DNA from: Thermodesulfobacteriota bacterium
GTDB lineage: Bacteria > Desulfobacterota > Desulfobulbia > Desulfobulbales > SURF-16
DNA length: 46,079 nt
Direction of reading: 5' to 3'
Assembly: GCA_040755455.1 (NCBI GenBank)
Contig: JBFMAY010000034.1
Location: 1 to 46,079, forward strand
Made by a program: the position numbers and the translations under genes. Under the pieces are notes generated by a model that was not told the DNA's origin, did no database searches, and saw only the letters and a list, made by a program, of their open reading frames with translations. Positions 1-8,049 of this stretch are shown here, piece after piece. Positions within the stretch are counted from its first letter, which is position 1. Each line of letters opens with the position of its first letter.

Positions 1-1
1 G

Positions 2-367
2 GATATTTTTTGCCTGGGCCGTGGTGGCCGCCTCCAGCAGTTCGGAGCCGGGCATGACCCCCAGCTGGTCGCCCAGTTTTTTCTGGTAGGAGGCCAGCAC
101 CAGATTGATCATCAGGGTGCTCAGCTGCTTGTTGCGGATGATCTGTTTCAGATCAAGGGATTTCCAGCGTTTCTTCTCGGACAGGGACTCATATCTCTTG
201 GCGTCAAGCTCGACGCAGACGCAGTCCGGATTCTCCCGGTCAATGACCTGGCGGACAAGCTCGACTGATTCGCGGGAGACGTGGGCCGTGCCCACCAGGA
301 TGAATTGCCGGCCGTCCAGTTCGACGATATGGACGTCGGCGGCCTCTAAATGGGATGTTTCTGCCAT
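2..367 (-). CDS. TraB/PrgY (TraB/GumN) family protein, partial (runs off the left edge)
   Basis: Not in the ORF track; hand-translated from the ATG at 367: MAETSHLEAADVHIVELDGRQFILVGTAHVSRESVELVRQVIDRENPDCVCVELDAKRY...LASYQKKLGDQLGVMPGSEL. The GTAHVS, VCVELD..R and PGxE motifs are typical of the TraB family. Confidence 0.85.
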   Translation of the reverse strand, partial: MAETSHLEAADVHIVELDGRQFILVGTAHVSRESVELVRQVIDRENPDCVCVELDAKRYESLSEKKRWKSLDLKQIIRNKQLSTLMINLVLASYQKKLGDQLGVMPGSELLEAATTAQAKNI

Positions 368-522
368 GTAAACTGCTTCTTTTTTGGGCGATTGGATTAA
401 AAAAAGCAGGAGCAGCCATACAGCCGCCCCTGCCGGGTAACGCAGTTAAATAACAATTTCGGGAAATAGTCAATGGTAATGTTCACGTCAAGGGGCGGGC
501 GGCATGCCCGTTCCGCCGTTGT

Positions 523-1791
523 TTAGAACTTATAGACCATGCCCAGGGTCACCACATGGGCCCCGGCGTCTTGGAATTTGCCGTTGATACCCGAGGTGTT
601 GGCCGGATTTTCTATGGAACGGGTCCTCTTGTCGTCCAGCAGATAGGCGCCGCCCAGTTCCAGGTTCTCATTGACCCGGTAACGGCCGCCGAAGGAGAAG
701 AGGAGGGCGTCCGAATCAGGCAGCTCAAAACCAAGGGTGTCGCTCGGTATGGGGGTCTCGTCATAGGCAAAGCCGACCATGGCGGTAAAACGGTCCGTGC
801 ACTTATGGGTGATGCCGATGCGGTAGGCGTTGGAGTCGCGCCAGTTTTTTGCCTTGGGATCATCAAAGGCGGCGATCAGTATGGGATTAAACAGAGGGTT
901 GTCATAGTTGAAATCAAGCTGCTGGTAGTCCGACCAGTAGGTTTTGTCCCAGGTCAGCTCCACCGTTGTTTTCTCAAAAAAGGTATAGGAAGTGCTGAGG
1001 GTGAGCACGGCCGGGGTGACCACATCCAGGCTGGCCTCGCCATTGTAAGTGTTGAAGGGGAAGGTATCCGTGGCGAGCTTGGCCGTGCCGGTCAGGCCCA
1101 TATCCACCTCCGAGCGGTAGGTGGCGGCGATGTTCCACTGTTTAGTCGGTTTGACGATCACGGCCAGGTTGTAACCGAGATCTGTGGAGTCGCCATCCAT
1201 ATCGCGGCTTATAGAGGCGTAAGTGGCGCCGGGACCCGGATCAATATCAATGGCGCCGGAGCTTTTCACCTTGTTGCCGGTGGTGTGCAGGATTCTGGCC
1301 CCGGCGGCCAGGCCGAAGCGATCGCAGAATTTATAGGAAAGAGAGGGGTTGGCCTCAAAGACCCGGAGGGTGAATTCCTCGGAAGATGTCCGGGGAAACG
1401 GGTCGTTCCATCTCTTGGACAGGCCGTAGGGCACGACAAAGGAAAAACCGAAGCGGAAATTGTTCATGTCCGGGGAAACCGCATGCAGCATGGGGATGAC
1501 GATGTTTTCCGTCTTGGATGAACCGTCCAGGGTGCTGCTGCGGTTATCGGTATAATCGATGTGGGGCAGGTTGATGTAGCTGGCGCTGACCTCCATCTGC
1601 CAGCTGTCATCCTGCCAGCCCATGTTGGCCGGATTGTAGTAAGCGGTATCCGGACCCTCGGTGTGGGCGATATAGGCATTGCTCAAAGAAACGCCGTTGA
1701 TCGACTGTTCAGGCACCCGGTAGCCTGAAGCAGCGGCCGTTCCCGCGGCCATGATCCCCATTGCGGTCAGTAGTGCGATCTTTTTCTTCAT
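523..1791 (-). CDS. fadL: FadL/OmpP1/TodX-family outer-membrane long-chain fatty acid transport protein
   Basis: Signal peptide MKKKIALL; mature N-terminus SGYRVPEQS; YYNPA motif; alternating beta-strand pattern; C-terminal YKF; directly downstream of an acyl-CoA synthetase. Confidence 0.85.
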   Translation of the reverse strand: MKKKIALLTAMGIMAAGTAAASGYRVPEQSINGVSLSNAYIAHTEGPDTAYYNPANMGWQDDSWQMEVSASYINLPHIDYTDNRSSTLDGSSKTENIVIPMLHAVSPDMNNFRFGFSFVVPYGLSKRWNDPFPRTSSEEFTLRVFEANPSLSYKFCDRFGLAAGARILHTTGNKVKSSGAIDIDPGPGATYASISRDMDGDSTDLGYNLAVIVKPTKQWNIAATYRSEVDMGLTGTAKLATDTFPFNTYNGEASLDVVTPAVLTLSTSYTFFEKTTVELTWDKTYWSDYQQLDFNYDNPLFNPILIAAFDDPKAKNWRDSNAYRIGITHKCTDRFTAMVGFAYDETPIPSDTLGFELPDSDALLFSFGGRYRVNENLELGGAYLLDDKRTRSIENPANTSGINGKFQDAGAHVVTLGMVYKF

Positions 1792-1816
1792 CTTTTCATC
1801 CCTTTCTCTTGTGTGG

Positions 1817-3505
1817 TCATTGCGCGTAGAGATAGCGTTTTATCTTGTGGGTCGCTGTCTTGATGAACGGTTCCTGCCTCTCAATCATCCTATGGATTTT
1901 CGAATAGGAGGCCAGCTGGGCATTCACCGTCTGCTGGATCTCTTTCAGGATCTGGTCGATATGGCCTTTTTTCTGCTGCTGGGTTTTGTTTTTCGTCTGC
2001 TGGTCAATGAGATCGTAATCGAGATACACCCGGGCCTCCAGCCTGTCATTGCTTTCCATTACCAGCGACTCGATGACATGCATGAAGGAGTTGATTTTTT
2101 CTTCAATGGCCTCGGGGTAAATATTTTCCCCGTTGCTGAGCACAATGACATTCTTGGAGCGACCCTTGATGTGCAGGTTGCCGAACTCATCGAAACAGCC
2201 CAGGTCGCCGGTTGCCAGCCATCCTTCCCGGTCAACGGTTTGCGCGGTCAGTTCCGGGTGATTGGCGTAGCCCTGCATGATATTGGGGCCGCGGGCCATT
2301 ATCTCGCCGATGCCGCTCTGCGGATCAGGCCTGGAAATTCTGATTTCCACCCCCGGAATCGGCTTGCCGGCCGAGCCAATGGTAATGGAGGGGTCTTTGA
2401 AAGGTCCGCCGGACAGCAGGGGAGAGGCCTCGGTAAGGCCGTAGCCGATGAGATAGGGGAAGTTCGCCTCTTTGAGGAAACTTTCGGTTTCATGGTTGGT
2501 TGCCGCGCCGCCAATGGCTATGAGGTGCAGACTGCCGCCGAAGAACTCCAGCAGCTTTTTGCCGATTTTCTGGTAAATCCTGCGGCGGATTACCGGCATC
2601 TTCATGGAGAACTTCAGCAGGGGGTTCTGTTCAATGGCGGACAGCACCCTTTTTTTATAAATTTTTTCCATGACCACGGGCACAATACAGATGATCGATG
2701 GTCTTTCCTTTTTGCAGATCCTCTCCAGGGTGGTCGGGGTAGGCGCCTTGCCGGCGTAAACAATGCGCGCCCCGTTCAACAGGGGCAGCAGAAAGCCGAT
2801 GGTGAACTCATAGGTGTGGGACATGGGCAGGATGGACAGAAAGGTCCAGTCCGGCGTAAGGCGGATCAGCTCGTTGGCCGCGTTGACATTGGCCCAGAGA
2901 TTGCCGTGGCTCAGCATGACTGCTTTGGAGTGGCCGGAGGTGCCGGAGGTATAAATGATACCAGCCAGGTCATCCGGTCCCACAGGGGGTGACTTGTCCG
3001 CCAGTTGCTGGCTTTTATCCTGCAGCTGGTCAGCCCTGGCCAGGAAGGTGGAAAATGTCTCAATATTACCCAAAACCTTTTCCGGCGGGCTGTCATCCAG
3101 CATGATGATGGCGGACAGTTTGCTGTCCCGCAGTTCATAGATCTTTTCGATCTGCCGCTGGGTGGTGAACAGAATCTTTGCCTTGGCATCGGTCAGGATG
3201 TGCCGGACATCCGCTTCCGGAAAATCGGGCAGGATCGGTACGGCGATGGCGCCGAGCCGGATAATGGCCAGATAGGCGATGGCCCAGTTGGGAGAGTTTT
3301 CCGCGAGAATGGCGACCTTGTCCTTCTTCCTGATGCCCATATCTTTCAGAACGCTGGCGGTCCTGATCAGCCGGTCAAAGAGATCCCCGTAGGTGATTGG
3401 CTGGTGAAAAGCCAGGCTGAGAGCGGGACGCCGGGCAAATTTTCTGCAACTCGTTTCCACAAGCTCGTTTAATGTTTCCTCTGCGATATTTTTTTTCGGC
3501 AGCAT
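1817..3505 (-). CDS. Long-chain acyl-CoA synthetase (AMP-binding family)
   Basis: IIYTSGTSGHSK AMP-binding loop, GYGLTE, GWLATGDLG, KGRSKNVIVLSNGENIYPE. Confidence 0.9.
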   Translation of the reverse strand: MLPKKNIAEETLNELVETSCRKFARRPALSLAFHQPITYGDLFDRLIRTASVLKDMGIRKKDKVAILAENSPNWAIAYLAIIRLGAIAVPILPDFPEADVRHILTDAKAKILFTTQRQIEKIYELRDSKLSAIIMLDDSPPEKVLGNIETFSTFLARADQLQDKSQQLADKSPPVGPDDLAGIIYTSGTSGHSKAVMLSHGNLWANVNAANELIRLTPDWTFLSILPMSHTYEFTIGFLLPLLNGARIVYAGKAPTPTTLERICKKERPSIICIVPVVMEKIYKKRVLSAIEQNPLLKFSMKMPVIRRRIYQKIGKKLLEFFGGSLHLIAIGGAATNHETESFLKEANFPYLIGYGLTEASPLLSGGPFKDPSITIGSAGKPIPGVEIRISRPDPQSGIGEIMARGPNIMQGYANHPELTAQTVDREGWLATGDLGCFDEFGNLHIKGRSKNVIVLSNGENIYPEAIEEKINSFMHVIESLVMESNDRLEARVYLDYDLIDQQTKNKTQQQKKGHIDQILKEIQQTVNAQLASYSKIHRMIERQEPFIKTATHKIKRYLYAQ

Positions 3506-3791
3506 TGGACCAGGAGGTTAAGGGGGGAGTAGACAAGAAAGTTTCAGCTGAAGAACCGCTTTCTTTCAACTTATTATATTTAAACAGAATAAGATCAAGA
3601 AACAAGCAATTTCATCATTGCCGGGGAAGTCGCTATACTGTGCCATTTTCGCGCGCGGCCTGCGGTTGTGTGATAAAATGCCGGTAATGGCGAAAAACTG
3701 AACAAAATATTGCCGGCCACGCTCTAATACAATGTGGTACTGTGGCGGCGTTTTCACGGCCACGGAAAATTTATCGTAACAGGAGACAGAT

Positions 3792-4190
3792 ATGCAGAAG
3801 GTGATCATGGTTCTCGTGGTGATGCTTGCTCTGGTTGCCGGCTCAGCGGTCAAGGGCCAGGCCAGTCCGGATAAGAGATTCGACCAGGGCACGCAGACCT
3901 GCAGAATCCTCGGCTTTGACAGCATGTGGTGGGGCGATGGGGCGAAGATTTTTCAGAACAACTGTAAAAGCTGCCATTACCGGGGCAATGACAAGGGCGC
4001 GCCCTTTCTTTATGCGGAATCCAAAAGTCCTGAGGCCTGGAACAGGGTTTTTTTCAAGAAATACCCGCAGTGCGCCAAGGATGGTTCCTGGGGCGCCCTG
4101 AGTCTGGGTGACCAGCTGAAATTAAATGATTATCTGTACCGTAACGGGGCCAACACCTATAATCCGAACACTGCTTCGGACTGCGGCTGA
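3792..4190 (+). CDS. Exported monoheme c-type cytochrome
   Basis: Signal peptide; a single CKSCH heme motif preceded by GAKIFQNN; SD AGGAG upstream. Confidence 0.8.
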   Translation: MQKVIMVLVVMLALVAGSAVKGQASPDKRFDQGTQTCRILGFDSMWWGDGAKIFQNNCKSCHYRGNDKGAPFLYAESKSPEAWNRVFFKKYPQCAKDGSWGALSLGDQLKLNDYLYRNGANTYNPNTASDCG

Positions 4191-4293
4191 TAAGCCCTGG
4201 ACTCCCCGGTTCGGGGAGGAGTAAGAAGGCAAAAGGCATAAGGCAGAATAATTGATTTGCAGCCTTCGTTTTTTATTCTGCCTCCCGCAGTGG

Positions 4294-4785
4294 TTAAAAC
4301 CTTTCAAAATGCCAGGAGACGGGGTTGCCGTCCCGGTATGGCATCCAGCCGTGAAAAACACCAGGCTTGCCGTCAAATACCAGGGGCAGGAAATAACGGT
4401 CCCCCGGCCACATGGGCAGGGTATGGAGCCCGGCCACCGGCTGCCAGCTCAGCGTGCCCTCGCTGTTTTCGGCAAACGGCCTGCCGCGGAACCGGGTGAT
4501 GAGAAAGATAAATCCCAGCCAGTCCGCCCCATCCCTGCCGAAGTTTGTCCAGTTGATGGTGCCCCGCAGGGCCATTTCCGTACATTCGATGCCCGCTTCC
4601 TCGCGGATCTCCCGCCGCATGCAGCCGGCCACATCTTCATGGGCATGCATCTTGCCTCCAAGTCCGTTGTATTTGCCCAGATGCTCATCATCGTTCCTGG
4701 CGTTGCGGTGGATGAGGAGGGTGTTGGTCCGGTCCGGGGAAAGGACAAAGCCCAGGGTGGCTATAATGGGTGAGTAGGCCGACAT
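4294..4785 (-). CDS. NUDIX hydrolase (8-oxo-dGTP diphosphatase/MTH1-like)
   Basis: Nudix box GLGGKMHAHEDVAGCMRREIREEAGI; C-terminal LPMWPGDRYFL. Start taken at MSAYSPII (4785) rather than 4839. Confidence 0.85.
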   Translation of the reverse strand: MSAYSPIIATLGFVLSPDRTNTLLIHRNARNDDEHLGKYNGLGGKMHAHEDVAGCMRREIREEAGIECTEMALRGTINWTNFGRDGADWLGFIFLITRFRGRPFAENSEGTLSWQPVAGLHTLPMWPGDRYFLPLVFDGKPGVFHGWMPYRDGNPVSWHFERF

Positions 4786-4983
4786 AATGTAAATAATATG
4801 GCATGTTATGGTGCGGGCAGGACGGTCATTGCGACGCAAGGCTTATCATCCTGCCGGAAACGGCTGGTAAAATTTCATACAAATTAACATGAAATCATTT
4901 TACATATCAACATCATGACAATATTCTGTCATAATAGCAAAAGAGGATAACGGTAGCGATTGCTGGATAAAGGAGCTTTTTGC

Positions 4984-5481
4984 ATGGGTAAGGCCGAGGT
5001 TTTTGTCAATCAGGAAGGTATGGCCCTTTTCAACTGCCCCCATTGCGGGGCAATGAAACATGTGTCGGTGGCCAAGTTCAAGGACAAGAAGCACTCCCTG
5101 CAGGTAAAATGCGTTTGCGGGCAAACCTTTACCGCTGATCTGAATTTCAGGAAAAGATATCGGAAACAGACGGATCTTGAGGGTTTTTTCTGCAAGGTAG
5201 CAAATTTGGGCAAGAATGCTGATACCGCCAAGATGCCGCGTAACTGCAGGATTGTCAATCTCTCCCTCGGCGGCATAGGTCTCCGCCATGCAAGCGGGCA
5301 GAAGATTGCCGCCGGGGATGAGCTGATTGTTGACTTTATCCTTGATGACCGGAAGCAGTCGTATATGGTGCGCAGGGTTATTGTCCGGCATGTGGGAGAA
5401 GACGGCTATATCGGCGGAGAGTTCTGTGACGGTAACCAGCATGTTTATGAAAAAACCCTCGGCTTTTATATGATGCCTTAG
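4984..5481 (+). CDS. Zn-ribbon + PilZ domain protein
   Basis: N-terminal CPHC...CVC; PilZ motifs RKRYR (RxxxR) and NLSLGG (D/NxSxxG); C-terminal IGGEF. ATG at 4984 follows AAGGAG. Confidence 0.75.
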   Translation: MGKAEVFVNQEGMALFNCPHCGAMKHVSVAKFKDKKHSLQVKCVCGQTFTADLNFRKRYRKQTDLEGFFCKVANLGKNADTAKMPRNCRIVNLSLGGIGLRHASGQKIAAGDELIVDFILDDRKQSYMVRRVIVRHVGEDGYIGGEFCDGNQHVYEKTLGFYMMP

Positions 5482-5865
5482 GATTGCGGCACGGCTTGGC
5501 AAGCCGCATCTGACCGGATCTGTTGTTGTCCCCCCTTCTCGTTATGTCCTCCCCTGCGGTTCTGTCCGACCGGAAAACCGGCCCCACCTTGGCGGCTATA
5601 CCCTTGACTGGCAGAGCTGTCTGTGCCCGGCCACGCGGTTTATCCGAATTACTTTTTTGGCTCAAATGTGCCGGGATTGCCAAGCCTGTTTTGCCGTTTG
5701 TCCGGCCGGCAGAAAAAAAAACAGCTGCAAATGACACTGGAGACAGTGGGAGAAATGTGATAAGGTAACAAATTTATGTACCCGTTTGCCGGGGCATTTG
5801 CATATCATCACAACAGAGATTCGGGAAGGGAGTTTTTCCCGGTTCAAGGATACTAAAGTTACTGT

Positions 5866-8049
5866 ATGGTAAAAATCAGATTCAGCCCTGTCGTGGCCAT
5901 TGCCGCACTTTTACTGTTTTATTGCCATTCCGCCCACGCCTCTGTCAGCCAAGATTCTTTCCCTGTTTACGAATCTATGAGGGCCAACGTCGCCTTCTGG
6001 AAGAAAGTTTACGCGGAATACCCGACGACCAAGGGTCTGATTCATGACAACCGGGATCTGGCAATCATCTATGAGGTGGTGGATCTTGCGTCTGAGAATC
6101 AGGCCGGGGCGGGGGGAATCAACAAGGAGCGGGCCGACCGGGCCAAGGAGAAATACCGGCAGATCCTGCTGTCACTGGCCGGCGGCCAGGCCCCGCAGAC
6201 CAGCGAAGCAAAAAGGGTGCTTGCCCTCTTCGGCGGCTCACCTTCCTCTTCCCAACTCTCCCAGGCGGCGGAGGCCATCCGTTTTCAACAGTGCCTGAAG
6301 GATCGCTTTCTTGAGGGGCTTGTCCGTTCCGGGGCCTATCTGGCCGAGATTAAGAAGATATTCAGAAGCTATGATCTGCCCGAGGATCTGGCCTATCTGC
6401 CCCATGTGGAATCCTCATTCAATTATAAGGCCTATTCCAAGTTCGGCGCGGCGGGTATTTGGCAGTTCACCCAGTCAACCGGCAAACGTTTCATGACCAT
6501 TGACTATACCCTGGATGAAAGGCGTGATCCCATTCGCGCCAGCCACGCCGCGGCCCGGTTTTTAAAGGAAAATCACAAGAAGCTCGGCAGCTGGCCGTTG
6601 GCGCTCACGGCCTATAATCACGGACCAAGCGGCATAATGCGGGCAAAAAATCAACTGGGAACCTACGAGAACATTTTTAACAAGTATGACGGCCAGAGTT
6701 TTGGTTTCGCCTCAAGAAATTTTTATTCGGAATTCATTGCCGCCCGGGAAGTGGCAAAAAATTACAAAAAATATTTCGGCAACGTCACCCTGGCAGCACC
6801 AGTCTCATTTGTCGAAGTCGCCATACCGGGATATGCACCGATAAAAGATCTGTCCCGCCATTTTCGGGTGGATCTGGCAACCCTGAAAGAGCTCAATCCC
6901 GCTCTCCGCCCCCCGGTTTTCGAGGGCCGCAAGCATGTGCCCAGAGGCTACAAACTCCGGCTCCCCGGCAAAAACGGAGAAGTGACGCAACTCGCTTCGC
7001 GCATGCCGGACAAGGCTTTTGCCGATAAGCAGCAGCGCAGCCGTTTTTACCTGGTAAAAAAGGGTGATTCAGCCGGCACCATTGCCATCAAGCATGGGGT
7101 GAAACTGGAGGACCTGCTCGCCGCCAATGGCCTCGATGGCCAGGCCACCGTCTATGTAGGGCAGAATCTGCGCATTCCCACCCAGGAGGAAAAGGTGGTG
7201 CTGCTGGCCAAGGCAGAGACGCCTGCCGACGATGCTGCCCCGGTCAAAGACGTGGACGTGGTTGTCCAGAAAGAGGCGCGGGAGATTGTTACCTTAAAGG
7301 CGGAAACGGTTAAAAAGACGGTCACGCCCCGGAAAAAGGAAGAGCCTGCCCAGCAGGCTGAGGCCCCGGCAACCCCGCCTGAGCAGGTTGCCGCGGTGGT
7401 GGCGGAAAAGTTGCCCCAGGTGGAAAAAGAGGTTCAGCCAGAGGCTGCGGCTCCGGGTGGGCCTGCCGCGGAGGAGCCGGAGGTGAAGGAGACGGTTGCC
7501 CAGGAGCAGCAGGCAGAGTTTGAACAGGGTGGTGCTGTTGATGAACTGCCCAAGGCACCCTTGGCAGAGCCGGAATTCAACCCGGAGGTGGTCATCGGCG
7601 ATCTGCAGGTGACTGACACCCGCACCCAAAAGGGACGCGCCGTGGGCTCCATCGCGGTTGAGGTCGGTGAGACCCTCGGCCACTATGCCGAATGGCTGAA
7701 GGTACCCACCAGCAGTATCCGTCGCCTGAACGGCCTGGGTTTCGGCCAGTCCATTAACCTCGGGCAGCGGCTGAAACTCGAATTCGTCAAGGTCAGCAAA
7801 GAGGACTTTGAAGAAAAACGCTATGAATACCATAAGGAAATTGAAGAAGATTTCTTTGCCGTGTATAAGATTGAGGGTGCCCGGCTGTACCGGATCAAGT
7901 CCGGTGATAACATCTGGAGTCTCTGCCAGGATGAATTTGATCTGCCTTTCTGGCTGATCAGGAAATTTAATACTGCCCATGATTTCAACAATTTGAAGCT
8001 TGATGAGCAGTTGATTATTCCGGTGGTCGGGGAAATTGAACCGCAATGA
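5866..8049 (+). CDS. MltD-like lytic transglycosylase with LysM domains
   Basis: SLT motifs VESSF, GAAGIWQF and LTAYNHG; LysM repeats (YLVKKGDS..., VEVGETLGH..., YRIKSGDNIW); Glu/Ala/Pro-rich linker. Confidence 0.85.
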   Translation: MVKIRFSPVVAIAALLLFYCHSAHASVSQDSFPVYESMRANVAFWKKVYAEYPTTKGLIHDNRDLAIIYEVVDLASENQAGAGGINKERADRAKEKYRQILLSLAGGQAPQTSEAKRVLALFGGSPSSSQLSQAAEAIRFQQCLKDRFLEGLVRSGAYLAEIKKIFRSYDLPEDLAYLPHVESSFNYKAYSKFGAAGIWQFTQSTGKRFMTIDYTLDERRDPIRASHAAARFLKENHKKLGSWPLALTAYNHGPSGIMRAKNQLGTYENIFNKYDGQSFGFASRNFYSEFIAAREVAKNYKKYFGNVTLAAPVSFVEVAIPGYAPIKDLSRHFRVDLATLKELNPALRPPVFEGRKHVPRGYKLRLPGKNGEVTQLASRMPDKAFADKQQRSRFYLVKKGDSAGTIAIKHGVKLEDLLAANGLDGQATVYVGQNLRIPTQEEKVVLLAKAETPADDAAPVKDVDVVVQKEAREIVTLKAETVKKTVTPRKKEEPAQQAEAPATPPEQVAAVVAEKLPQVEKEVQPEAAAPGGPAAEEPEVKETVAQEQQAEFEQGGAVDELPKAPLAEPEFNPEVVIGDLQVTDTRTQKGRAVGSIAVEVGETLGHYAEWLKVPTSSIRRLNGLGFGQSINLGQRLKLEFVKVSKEDFEEKRYEYHKEIEEDFFAVYKIEGARLYRIKSGDNIWSLCQDEFDLPFWLIRKFNTAHDFNNLKLDEQLIIPVVGEIEPQ

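Noticed and set aside
2..367. TraB-family gene as evidence of a conjugative element
   Set aside because: TraB/PrgY-family genes are common chromosomal genes; no transfer, relaxase or integrase genes are nearby.
5482..5865. Possible riboswitch or sRNA in the 384-bp gap before the mltD-like gene
   Set aside because: Only short GC hairpins; no recognisable aptamer consensus or promoter-terminator pair.
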